From positions 3,472,001 through 3,536,000 of the forward strand of contig JBLDXI010000001.1 in NCBI GenBank assembly GCA_047495785.1: DNA of 64,000 nt, given 5' to 3'. The translations under genes were made by a program, and so were the position numbers. Shown one piece after another: positions 10,515 to 24,482 of this stretch. Every line of letters begins with the position of its first letter. Within the stretch, counting starts at the first letter, position 1. A model generated the notes under the pieces. That model was not told the DNA's origin, did no database searches, and saw nothing but the letters and a program-made list of their open reading frames with translations. The DNA is from Lepidodermella squamata. Lineage: Eukaryota > Animalia > Gastrotricha.

Positions 10515-11447
10515 TGGACCTTCATGAGATTGCAGATGATTAATGAAGATATTGAAGATGAATGTGTTATGATTATTAAGAGATGACCAAGATGATTCAA
10601 CTATAACGCTCTTATTAAATATCTCATTTCTCTTTTTCAGATAACAAAAGAACGGCCGGTTGAAACGTTATCGGAAAGTTACCAAATCTACTTCTCTCGC
10701 GTCACTTCAGGTGAGTTGATGCGATCAATGTGTTAATTCTGAACGAATCACATGCTACTAATGCCTAATCAATGTCCAATCCGCGACATCACCCTTCAAA
10801 ACCAGGAATCATCAAAATACAAGCATTTTTATTCTCAAATTCAACGCAAATATTTATAGATAGATTGTTTCAATGTAATATTTTCCAAGAAAAATGATGA
10901 ATCGATTGCACAATGAGAAATATACTTCAACTATAAGCATCTGGGAAGAAATGAAAAGCTAGTATACCATTTTCATTCAATATAAAACGAGAGCGAATAC
11001 CAGCTACGTTTTCGTTTCCGATGTAACAAATTTGCTGAAAAATATCATAGATTTCTAACCAAAGGCCGATTCGATAATGTAGAATTCAGATGCTGTAAAA
11101 GAATAGCGTGAGTGTTTAGATTTCAAGCATCGCTCTCGTTTCAGGCAAAACTGGCACCACTCAATGAAAAACGTGACAAGGCAATAGTTTCCCTATTTCA
11201 TTGCTGAAATTCTGTTGAAAACAAGATTAAAAGGTATAGTTCGTGTTGTGACGTTGAAACAGAAATAAAGCTGTATTGTAATGCGCGGCGTGTTTGCATA
11301 TTAGCGTAATATTTTTAAAGCAATTAGGTGCGGAAATATCCGAAGAGACAAGGCTCGTGTTATTAGCAATGTTTTCTTTATCACAGACGAGAGAAAAAAT
11401 GGAACTGCGTTCAAGACCAAAGTTCCCACGATCAAAAGCATTACACA

Positions 11448-14400
11448 TTATTGTTTACTAAAAAAGTGAGGCACACTGGAAGAATGTTCTTCGAATTTCT
11501 TTAGGCGGCCTTTCAAAGCTGAGTTTTCCGCCATGAGCCGAGCTATTTCCGCTTGAAGGCTGTTGATTTGCTCTGAAGCAGGGGCAGGCGTGATTGTTAC
11601 GCCGAAACCATCTTGTGTCACCAGCATAGGGCAGCTCAACACGGAAAGCGACATGGTTTTCTCCTCGACAGGCGGGGGAACGAAATGGATCAAATCCGAG
11701 GAAAGGTGGTCGAAAACGTTAGGCGTATCCATCTGAAAGCAAGATGCAAAACATATTAGTCAGGCTTAATTTAGAAAAATTATAATTATTTTATATTATA
11801 ATCATTTTATTTAATCATGTTTTGAGACATTGAAAAGCTAGAAATCATGCTGGATTATGAGTATCGATCGAAAGAGATCTTTTTCAATTCACTGTAAAAA
11901 ATCCCGTTTTTTAGCGGCTTTCAAGAACCCTCGTATACAGTCGAAATTAAGCTAATAAGGCCCGTCCCAGCTTTCTAATTAATCCAGAAAAATAATTCGC
12001 TCGAGGATAATTAGACTGTTAAATAATTCAGGGTTTAAAAAGCTCCTAGATTATTTTTCAATCAAAATGCATCAGCATCAAACAACGGTTCATAAATCGC
12101 AAAGGTTAAAAATCCCACTTCTCAAAATCTGCTTATTAATTCATTCATTTGCCGGATTTTTTACATCGAGCCAGTCTAAAAAGACGGTCTTGAAAGCCAG
12201 CATTTTTTACAGTGTTCAAAAAGAATGTAGGTTAATTAAGGTAAACTCATATTCGATTGAACGAATAACCAGTTTTTTCGAATAGAGCTTGTTTTAATGA
12301 AATGTAAGCTTTGATTTTTGCCTCAAACATTCCGGTTGGATTCCGCATATTCAGAGATAATGATTTGAAGTAGTGAGCGGTTTAGTTGAAAGGAAAATTA
12401 AGGTCGATCAATTAAAAAATTTTGGTAACAAGATTTCATAAGGAGAATTATTCCTCATCCTAGGCATCGTTTATAAGCTCTGGCTCTCGTTAGCGATCTA
12501 TTTGCAGCATTCGCCAGGATTTCTCATTAATTATCTTGAATAATCAAATAACTCTTATCTAAGTCAAGTCTGCCAAGTTTGATAGGAAAACAAGCGTGAC
12601 TTAAGTAAAATTTTGCTAAATTTGAGAATTAGGAGAAGAAAACACAAGCAATAAAAAATGACTTGAGAGCACAAGATGTGTCAACATTCCATACTCTTTT
12701 CAGGTTCCGAAAATTACCAATCCGTTAACATAGCTTAAAAAATGATTCATTCTCCAAATACTACTAGGATTCTTCAAAATTTATCTCGGTGAAAATAATG
12801 ACTCATACCTTGAGAGAGGCGTGAATATTTGCTGATGAATGAATTTGTATCAAAGGAGGAGCGCTCGTCAGATCTGTGACAGGGGCATCCGGAGACATGA
12901 AGTGCGCCAGCGCGTTGATGGCTGACATGCTAATCAGCGGCAGATCATCCGGCGCCAGCCATACGTTGATACACTGCCGTGGCATAGCTGATTGATTCAG
13001 ACCATCTTCCACCGGAATTTCAGAAATCGTTACTTTATACTGCCTCCTTAACATATGCTTAGTGATATCGTTATAAGACAGCGGTAGCTCAAGAGGAAAA
13101 TACACATCACGACGTGGTATGACCTTAGGCTTGTTGATCGGGGCTAACCGGTCGAACCTCAGCTCGATTTTCGGAGCTCCATCCATCGTGGTTTCAACGC
13201 ATAACGTCGTGCCTTCGATGCAGAGCTGGACTGAAACCACCTCCTGCAAGCCGCCTTGAAGTCCGAAATTCATCGACGAGGGATCCAAAGGGTTTTGAAT
13301 CAAAATTTGGTCTGATTCTTCCTCCTCAAATTGCTCATCGGTGGTTTTCAACACAACAAAATCAGCCATATCGTCGCTTGAAGATGACGAAATGATATTC
13401 GAGGCAGATGTAGACATGTCATCTGTAGTCAACAGTGACGCTGTTTCGTTTAGAACGGACCGACTAAGCGATTCTTCCATGCCATTTTTCACTCCGAATG
13501 CGAACAAATCGTTCACGCTACCGATTTCAGACCCGTCTAACCTCGACTGAGGCTGAGATAATAACGAATTGTGATCGTCGACCTGGTTTTGCAATGAACT
13601 CCTACGCAGTTTTTCATGATTTCTCGAGATTTCGCTATATACACCTGATTCAGAAGAGTTATCTGTGAGGAGCATATACGTTTGCTCTCCAGTTTGGCAC
13701 GAGACACTTGAAGTTAAAGGCACGACCAGGGGCGGAACTGCTGGCAACAGAAGGCGAATTGAAATCAACGGAGCCAAGAAAACAATTTGGGCAGACTGTT
13801 CCATGGGGGCTGAAGAGGCTGAATCGATTAATTTCAACTCAACTAAATTGCTGAGAATGTTCAACGATTTTTGAATTGAGGCGGCGAAATTTTGAAAAAC
13901 TTGTAGCATTTCTTGTAACTCGTCGAACTGCGCCCGCTCGGCGAAAACTTGCAACGGACCTTCGACCGGGTCGCATTTCAACATGGCGAAAAACTTGCTA
14001 GACGACAAGCTATGCGGCATGAAGCCGACAACTTTTGGCAAATACAAAAGTGGAATATCACCATCAGCAGCTGTTACCGTGCGGGCGAAAATCGAATTTA
14101 GCTGCCAGTGCCATAGCGACCGGCGAGAGGCTTCGATTTCCGAACAACACGTTGAGCATTTCGCTTCGAAATCTTCAGCAGAAGCCGGTTGCTGACCTTC
14201 CGGCAGCAGAAATGAATGCAAAAACGAGTATAGCTCAGTTTCAGATACTTCGACATTTTCAGTGAAAGTCGGCTCATTCAACGCGGACATTGGCCTTTCG
14301 ACCAACTGGCCTAAAATATGGCTGACACTCAACAAAATCACAGGTCGTTGATTCATGGACGTTTCCTGATTTTTTGGCACCTGCGGCTGATAGACCAAAT

Positions 14401-16634
14401 CGACCTCACATAACTCAACTTTTGTACACCGATTCGCAGATGAGCCCGGGTCAAGACTTTCCGAAATTTTGAACAGCTCCCTCGCGTCTTGAACCATTAC
14501 AATCATGTAAAGCAAGGTTGGTAGGTGAAAATTCACGGTAACTCGAGAAATTCGGACCGCATTTCTGCTGTCTACGATTGACAGGTCTTTTTCCGAAACG
14601 ACCTGGCTCGAGTCGAAATAGACGGCGGGCCATTTCCCGGCGCCGCAAATCGAAATGCACATTTGATTTGGGTTGTTATCTGTCGGCAAATTTGCTGCGT
14701 ATAATTTGACAGCTTCAATCGAGCCGTAGCCCACCGCCTCGAAACAACCCTGGAAATCGACTGAATTATTCCGATTTTCTCGAAATAATTTCTGATAACG
14801 AGGCCACGCTTTAGTTTCCGAGCCTAAAACATGCGCTGGAAATAGGTTGAAAATCAAATTTTCCAGTGAAAGTCGAACCGCTCCTTCCAACAGGATCGGA
14901 TCCAGCAATTTTAAAGCCTCCTTATTAGTGCATGACGAGGCTCGTTCCGCGACCAAATGAAGGTCGATCCGGCATAATTTAATGTGGGTGGAATGCTCCG
15001 AAAAATCATGTGCGATGAAATATGCGTGGGTCTTGTGATAGGCCTGGCTAGCCGTATCAGGGCCAGGTTGATTTGCAACTGGTTTTGCACTCTGCTGAGC
15101 AGCTGTTTCGTTATTATTCGTGGCTAGCGATCTCGCAAGAGCGGCTCGTTTCGCTGCCAATTCAACGCTGCTTCCAGCCGAAAGTTTTTGCAAATGGCTT
15201 ATGAATCGAAGTCCGACTTGAGCCTGCGCATCTGTTAGCACAGATAATATATCATCGATTTCCACGTGCAGCTTAGTAGCCAGCACCGATGAATCAGTCA
15301 AACTGCGTTTGAACTGAATTTTCACGTGCAATTTGTTGATTATCACACGAAAAGGCGTTAATTTCGGTTTTTGGCCGGGCTGGGACCCGTCCGGTCCCAT
15401 TTCTGTAGTCTCCAATCGAACTGTTGTGCATCGAGCGAGTTTGAACAGTAATACTTGCTTGATATCGGCGTTCTTGATCCGAGTATTTTTCAAGTGTTTT
15501 ATGTCCCGGGACCAATCAGGAAGGCAACTCTAAAAAACATTGAAATAAAAAATTAGCAAAATTGTTTAAAATGTGATATTTGTGCGTCTTAGGAGCAAGC
15601 GAAATAAGAACAATATGAGTTGGAAATAAACGCGAAAATTCTTGTAAGTGGTGAAAATATTGAGCCGAGAAGCCTGAATATTCCATCACTCTATATTGAT
15701 ATTTGAGCCTACTTCTTTCTTCATTCTATTGAACGCAACCGTAGAAGTTCACACTTCTAGGAAATATTTCATGCCTCTGAATTTTCATCAGCCTAGGAAA
15801 CCTTATGAAAGTAAACAGATAAATCAACGAAATTGAGCTTTTCAATCAGGTGAAATTAGATCAGTCGAGAGTAATCAAATTTTCAACAGAGTTAGAGTGA
15901 TTCTATTGGACTGATTGAAAGCGGAAATAAATGTTGGCGAAAATGTAAAATCAGCCAGAAAATTCGGAATTCAAAGGAAATTTGAGCTCAAATGTAGTCA
16001 ATTCACCTTACGATGCGCCCATCATAAAAATCTAAAAATATGGAAATTGATATTCCTTTTGTTTTTGACGAAAATTTCGTGAGAATTTTTGTCCTTCGCA
16101 AGGTTTTAAAAGCTGGAGTGTCCAGCTGTAGTTCTACGTTTAACAATTTACCTGTAGCGTTACGTGTGAAAGCTCGAGCGATGCGAAAAACGTCCCCGCT
16201 TTGAACTGAACTTTGATGGTATTGATCGCCAGTGAAATTCCATCAACTGCCTTATTGATAAACCCATAAGGCATGCGAAACGAATTCATCACAGCTGAAT
16301 TCGACGCCTGTTCCTTCTTCTCCTGAGGCGTTTCGCCCGGCGCAGGCGGCTCGCCGGCCTCAATATCCACATAAACAACATCAAGAGCGATTTGAATAGG
16401 TTCTGAAGTCAGCCGAGTCCAATGCAGGCGAATCGACATTCGATTGCAATGAGCCCTAGTGAGTCTGAGCCATGGTGGAAGCCCGAGGGTTGAACTGAGC
16501 AGCGCTTCATTCAACTCGATATTTTCGATATCCCCAGCGCCTTGCAGTAGTTTCAGCGACAAATGATCGGAAGATAGATTTTTAACAAATTTCGACAGAT
16601 GCTTCAACAATTGCGCTTTCACAAGTGTAGACAT
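11448..16634 (-). CDS. BLTP3: Bridge-like lipid transfer protein 3 (UHRF1BP1/UHRF1BP1L-like); exons ~16634-16152, 15529-12809, 11732-11448
   Basis: Chorein-N start MSTLVKAQLLKHLSKFVKNLSSDHLSLKLLQG..LGLPPWL, canonical GT-AG junctions in frame, and a C-terminal coiled coil. Confidence 0.85.
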
Positions 16635-17475
16635 TGCGTTCAACAGAGATCAAAGTAATCCATTTTATGTTAAATAAAAATATAAACCCTATGTAGAAGC
16701 AATAACAAGAGCCGTCAACCAATTATACAAATGAGGGAAGACTTGCAAAAAAATCCATATTTTCGCAATAAAGATAAAACGCTTGGCAACCGCACTAGTA
16801 CTACTAATAAGCCACTGCTTTATATATATATATATACATATATATTTGCGTTATTATATAAAAGCGTAGTAGGAGTATCTTCGATTTTTTCCTCCATAAA
16901 ATTTAATAAAAATGGACAAGCAGTAGTGCGTTGGTCAGACAAAACAAGTTATTTTCGAGCGTGCGGCTGAAAAAATCCGGTCGATATAAATCTTTAAATC
17001 CTATAAAAAAACAAGAACAACATGAATAAAACGATGGAATGGTATTATTTTGTAAGTTTCAACGTGTTGTACAACAGAGCGCTTTTACTAGAAGTAATAC
17101 GCTGTGATTTATCTCACAAAAAGTAAAAACCGGATTATTTTTCATGACGCGCTTCATGATTTTTGACTAATTTGCGATCGCCGCTTCGAAGGATTCTTAC
17201 GAGGAAAGATAAAAGCAGCAGACCCATAACTGTGATAGCACATTATTATTTTTCATCAGAAATATATGTGGCACGAGGAAGCTTTGTTTCAACTGTATCA
17301 CAAATCGTTTTGTATCATGACAAGAATGATCATTTTTACACTTCGTGAAGTGTTCGCTAAAACACGAATTTTACTATCGTTTTGTATGTAACACTTATTT
17401 TCTATTTTTTCAAATTATGCAAAGCGCTTCAATGAAATGGAAAGTTTCAACACGAACTCCTTCGACTTCGAAATT

Positions 17476-18849
<1,374 letters not shown>

Positions 18850-20334
18850 TTTTACAGATTGAAAACAAGATTAAAATTAATCCTATATGTAAAGCAGAAA
18901 GCAGAGCAATTTAAAGTTATCTGGAAGAGGATATAAAAGACAAAAGAGATGCTTTTGATGAATTTCAACAAGAAAAGTCCGTCATCCGTCAGTCACTCTA
19001 GATTCTCACAGCTCGAAGGCGTATATTCACTCGGCTGGCCTCTGCCTGAATCAAGCCATTGTTCACTTCAACAGCAAAAAATGCAGCTAAGTGCGAGTTC
19101 CTCCGTGGTTTGAACGCGATGTAAAATTTCAGCAGTTCTCAGTTCTCAATAATCAGTACTCTCATCCAGGAAGCAAATGAAAAAGAAGTCCTAAAAGACA
19201 CTCTTTAAAAGTATTTTTCATTTTAGTGACCAGTTGTCACACGCTACATGAGAAGTCGCCACTCTACTAGCTACTATCACATTGCCGCCGGCGTCTACTC
19301 ATTTACGATACGGTGGATAAGTAGATATAGTTCAACTCGAATGTTTAAACGTTTTAGCTGCACGAAAGTAGAAAGTCCTCTGATACTATTCCCGAGCCAC
19401 CGATTATTGAGAATACTGCGGGCAAGGTTTCACCCTTCAGGACCCGCAGCGGGTACATCCGAGTCAACGGTCCTCAATCATCACCTCTCCAACACACTTC
19501 GTTTGGCATTGACATGAACACCTGCACCAGGTAAAATCAATGCAAATCTAAGGTATTGCTACATTCACCTGTCCCGCAAAAAGCAAAAACTCTTATCAGC
19601 AAACACAGCCAGACTTGGAAGCTCTCTCCACGCAACAAAAAACGCGGAAACAGCGAGGTCTGCGTTTGAAAAATAGCGCTACAAAGTAAATTTATTTATC
19701 TCATATGAATGTGTTACTAATATTAATATAAAAACTTATTCGGAAAAATTCCGTATTAATATTTGCATAAATTTGCCGCATGGAAATCAGACGAAAACGC
19801 CGCGTGTCGAGAGACGAGATCGGAGAGCGTTTTCTGGTCGTTCCTCGTCATTTTTAAATGGCCAGATACCTATGGCATCCATACATGCATCTATATGGCA
19901 TCTATATAGCTGGACCTCGGGCTCCAGATCTTGATCTACGCCTGAGATCGTTCCCGATGATGGTATTTGAAGGATGTTTTTTTAATGGTTGCTCGTGTGC
20001 GACGAATGATTTTGGCAAAGAGCATCGCGAGAACGGGATTCCGACAAGACGTTCATCGTCGATATCAGCATACGCACTTAGTTATCCAAATTCTCAATAA
20101 ACATTTGATTTGGTGCAATCAATTGTCATTATTGTTCCAAGCATATCAACAGAAGAGAGGAGAGGTAAGTTCAACATGCGCAAGTTGCCTGGCTATTTCA
20201 AATTAAAATAGCTGGTTTATTATATAATGAAAACTCCTGGGGACAAAGAGGTGAGATTCAATTACACTTCAGGGGGATATTTCGTTTTGGCTTGATGTCA
20301 TCAGACAGGAAAATCTCATTCAGGCAGCCTCGGA

Positions 20335-20481
20335 AGCTTTCAAAATCGGCCGGTCGCCCGCTCCGTAGTCACGGAGGGTTGCCATTCAACACTCGCAGCT
20401 GTCAATCAGGCGCATCGGCTTCGGCTGGCCTGTGAACCCCTACGCTGGGCGTAACGGCGACCGGCTGATATCGAAAGCTTC
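20335..20481. repeat. Imperfect inverted repeat (~25-bp arms)
   Basis: AAGCTTTCAAAATCGGCCGGTCGCC ... GGCGACCGGCTGATATCGAAAGCTT. Confidence 0.6.
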
Positions 20482-20628
20482 TGATAGCGCCAAGATCAGG
20501 TTCTGCGTAGCTTCTGGCAATACAAATATGATAACTAATAACTAGCATAATTGAGTTAGAAAATAGTGATTTGATAATATGCAGTTTGATTTTGAAGACC
20601 ACCTGAGAGATACAGGTTCTAAATTTAA

Positions 20629-20653
20629 AGCATAGCATAGCATAGCATAGCAT
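20629..20653. repeat. (AGCAT)5 microsatellite
   Basis: Directly visible. Confidence 0.9.
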
Positions 20654-20689
20654 TTTCTTTATTTCATCTTTTCCTTCACTAATCACTAA

Positions 20690-21540
20690 TCAACAATAAC
20701 ATAACAATAACAATTGAGTACGTGTACAAAGACGAAGAAAAATGTGAAGGAAAAATGATAAAATAAAAATCACTCCGGTGTACCCAATTCGCCGGGCGTG
20801 ATGTAAATTTTGTTCACGCAAATTGAATCGAGTGTCGGAGGAGGACCGGTAGCAAGCTACCTATCCTGATCGTCAGCCTCAAAAACTCACCCTTAATATG
20901 ATATTTCAATTCCACCAAAATAACTATGAATTTTTTGTCTCCAAGTAGTTCTATCCTGGGCCAGGGCGTCGGCCTCCTCAAAATTAGTCATCCCTATTTT
21001 GTTCAGATGTTTTTTGATGCAATCAATCCACCTCAATTTTGGTCGCCCTCGAGATCAACTCCAAGTATCATCTGGCGGCTGCCAGTAACGCATCTGGCGT
21101 GCCAGCCTTCCAGGGTCCATGCGAGCGACGTGCCCGTACCAGCGAAGTTGCGGCCTAGCAATTTTGAATGTAAATTGTTCTGAACCACACATATTTCTAA
21201 TGACCTCATTGCGAATCCTGTCCCTAAGTGTTACGCCGCATATTTTACGCAAATAACGCATATAACCTACGTCGAGTCGCCTCGCATCCTCAGAAGTTAA
21301 CGTCCAACTTTCGCTGCCATGCATGATAGTTGCATCCACAACACCCTTTAAACATTTCATTTTTTCTTTAGTCGGGACAGATCGATTGCCAAAAATATAT
21401 TTCCGCATAGCGCCAAACGCTTTGTTGCCTTTTTCTAAACGAGTCCTTACATCAGCTTTACACCTGCCGTCGGACGCGATAACACTTCCCAAATATACGA
21501 ATTCATCAACTTCTTCAATGTACTGCCCGTAGATGGAGAA
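20690..21540 (-). mobile_element. 5'-truncated RTE-clade non-LTR retrotransposon (copy A)
   Basis: RT thumb/C-terminal motifs VDEFVYLGS, HGSESW, DRIRNE and LRWYGHVARM. An in-frame TGA precedes RGRPKLRW, and there is a (TTG/TTA)-type 3' tail at ~20692-20712. Confidence 0.85.
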
Positions 21541-22610
21541 TATAATAATAATTTTAATAATAGTTTTATTTTGCCTCTTCGAGACTGAGCGTCGTGTACC
21601 GTTTCCGGTTTTGAAGAGGGCGAAGGCAGGCGAAGAATGATCCTCACCCACCCCCACAGTCGAGGATTCTGCTTTTTGTATAGAATTCATAATTTTCAAT
21701 CGAGTTTACAACCATGCGCCATTCATCTTTTTCGAAAGAAACCGATTCCGCTAGTTGGACATCGGGAATAATTTTGATCTCAAAATCCTTTTCGCCGGGA
21801 TTTTTTCTATTTTCTCGTTTCTTAGTGGTTTTATTTTTCTTATCCTTGACCTTATTTTTCTTATTGGTTTTCTTTTTCCGGCGAATTTCCTTAGTAAGAC
21901 CTACTTTAATTAGGCTTCTATGCACTCCGTTGATCCATCTGGTTCGAGGTCTACCTCTGGGTGGAAACCACCCAAGCGGAGGCGTCCAAATATATATTTT
22001 GTGTATTAGTCCTTCTACGTCATAGTCACGTGACCTAATTATGTGACCTAGATACCTTAGCCTTTGTTTTTCAACAATGCGGCTCACTTCAATGACTTCA
22101 ATGAGACCTCCGCATAACGCATGTCGAATGTCTATATTTGGAATATAGTCCATTAGGTGGACACCTACTATAGATCGAAGCCATCGATATTCTATAGTGT
22201 TTAGTCTATTTTCTTGGGCTATCGATATGTTCCACGATTCGCAGGCGTAAATGATGGTAGGTATTATAACACATGTCAGTACCTTAAGTTTTGTAGCTAT
22301 AGAAACCTGACTTTTGTTGCACATGAAATTATTCATGGCGCCGAAAACACTGCCTGCCTTAGAAATTCTGTAGTTTAGTTCCTCATCGATTTTGCCGTCA
22401 CTAGTAATAATACTCCCTAAATATTTAAATTTGGTCACTTTTTCAAGTTTTTTCCCGTTCAATTCCAATTCGTAATTTTGAGTGGCTGACTCGTCTCTAG
22501 AAATAATCATAAATTGAGTTTTTGCCGCGTTAATTTTCAGACCCAATTCGGTGCAAGCCAAATCGAAAATGTGAAGTAGTCGTGAAATTTCGTCGTGGTT
22601 CATGCCTAAA
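21541..22610 (-). mobile_element. 5'-truncated RTE-clade non-LTR retrotransposon (copy B)
   Basis: Motifs GLKINAAKT, VTKFKYLGS, YACESW, RLRYLGHI and RGRPRTRW, with an (ATT)n-like tail at ~21541-21560. Confidence 0.85.
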
Positions 22611-23816
22611 CGTGTTCCGTCGTCAGATGGAGAAAGGTATATGTAAATTGCAGTCATTTTTATTAACTCATGAATTTGGTTTTTGGAACATTAATTTTCA
22701 AGCCCAAGTGTCCACACGCCTCAACAAAAATATCTATAATCAATTGCATTTTCTCCGAATCTTGCGAAAATAAATCTAAATTTAAAATTAAATCAAATCA
22801 ATTTTAAAAGGACCTAGGACCTACCTCACTTTTGATGAAATGGTGTAAAACAAAAGTTGCTTCAGTAGTGTAGTCTCAGTGACTCCGTGACTCAGTGACG
22901 ACCATATTAAAACTGGTGTAATTTGATATCCCACGGAACTAATAGGTAAACCCCTACGACATACACTATCAAAAAAATAACCACCTATAACCTATAAATA
23001 ACTCGAAGTCTGGAATTCCTTCGCCGCTGGCAAGATCTCCAGGGAATGTGTCCATCATAAAACTGGGTGATGAATAGTGACAGCTTAAAATTTCAATCAA
23101 AATACCAGAAATAAGAGTTAGGAATTGATGATCCTTCAACGTATAACTCTCTGACGGAGAGACAAATCGACGCTTATTGAGTTGCCATCCCAGTCTATAC
23201 TCAAAACTCAACCCATCATGTGCTCACATTCAAAATTGACACCAACTTACGTCCCTGCAACGGGCATAATCTTGTGTAAGAAAGCAATAATGGCGTCTAC
23301 CTCATCGGCCCGAAATCTTTACTCGCACGATTAGCAAGTGCATCGAGAACTACAGTAGCGAAACAGTTACGAACGGTGAAAAAATCGATGTCTGCTCATG
23401 ATATTGATAAGAATTTTATTACTCATACAAAAATGATATCTTTGCTTCAGAAGAACTCACAGAGAAAAATTTAGAAGCAGTGCTCTCTTCACAAAACTTG
23501 CTGTTCACGTATGCCAGAAAATTAATCATATTCCACTCTCAAGTGGAAACTTCGGCTTTTCAAAAAAAATAAACTCAATCATTTTGATTTACAACCGAAT
23601 CCTGAACTCGTAGAATCTGAAAGCAGCTAAATGGAGTTTCATTCACACTGGAACATTCTTGACTAAATACAATCGATAACAAGAAAGTAGGGATTTCCAA
23701 CTTTTAATGCACCTCTACCAGATATCAGACAATAGTTTCATGTCGCAGAAGTAAATAAAAAACTTTGAAACTCAATCAAAACGATCAATCTCATCGAATT
23801 CGGAGAGAATAAGGGA

Positions 23817-24482
23817 TTAATCACACGAGCCATCCGGCCAACCATCTTTCCAGCGCTTTTCCACAAGCGAGCAGTCGTACATGGGCTTGCCAAGTTTAGC
23901 ATTCACTGAGTTGTGGGCTTCACATAGCCACCTCGAGAATTTCTGACGATTGCTGGTATCAGGAGGGTTAGCGCGAATTATCTTGACGAAGTCTTCTGCG
24001 CAATGATGGCATGGATAATATTTGCTAAATAAATTTATGAATTGTTTCATTTCCTGCTGCTGTTCTAGAGAAGGCGCATCTGGAAAATAGCCGGCCATCG
24101 AATGTAGCAGGCCCCAAGAAGCACGACCAAGTTCTTCGCGGTCCATCGGACATCCTCCATGCTGTGCTGCCATTCCTCTGGCACCTGAGGAAGTCGGTGG
24201 TCGTTGTTGCTGATTCTGATGTTGCTGTTTATTCACCCAATCATGAAATTCCTTGCATGCACGGCAAAAGGGATCATGCTGCGCCATGTTTTTCAAGCTC
24301 TCCATGTTGCTCTGACCAGGATTTTGATTGGGCCTTGACGTTGACGCAAAGGCAGTAAACGGCCTGAACTGAGTAAATGATGTCGATGGAACCAGACCGG
24401 GCCTAGCTCCCCCGCAGTTATACTCCTCTCTTCTTGCATCGCCAAGACCCTGATTGATTGGGCCGGGACGATTGAACGACAT
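23817..24482 (-). CDS. GFER: FAD-linked sulfhydryl oxidase ALR/Erv1
   Basis: CRAC shuttle motif, CPMDREELGRASWGLLH, redox YPCHHC, and WLCEAHNSVN..KP.YDC..RW.DG..DGSCD. Confidence 0.95.
   Translation of the reverse strand: MSFNRPGPINQGLGDARREEYNCGGARPGLVPSTSFTQFRPFTAFASTSRPNQNPGQSNMESLKNMAQHDPFCRACKEFHDWVNKQQHQNQQQRPPTSSGARGMAAQHGGCPMDREELGRASWGLLHSMAGYFPDAPSLEQQQEMKQFINLFSKYYPCHHCAEDFVKIIRANPPDTSNRQKFSRWLCEAHNSVNAKLGKPMYDCSLVEKRWKDGWPDGSCD

Noticed and set aside
13341-14660. Alternative-frame and antisense ORFs within BLTP3 (similarly in DIS3L2, DGCR8 and SNX29)
   Set aside because: They are shadow ORFs of real coding exons.
19250-19520. Possible LINE 3' remnant
   Set aside because: It is too degenerate to support from the sequence alone.
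20270-20310. Hammerhead-like CTGATGA...GAAA on the minus strand
   Set aside because: Stem II cannot pair (C opposite C, non-complementary spacer), and there are no convincing stems I or III.
21055-21699. 214-aa ORF as a host gene
   Set aside because: It is a chimera of LINE B 3' UTR and LINE A coding remnant.
23296-23304. let-7-like TGAGGTAG on the minus strand
   Set aside because: Only the first 8 nt match and I see no hairpin.
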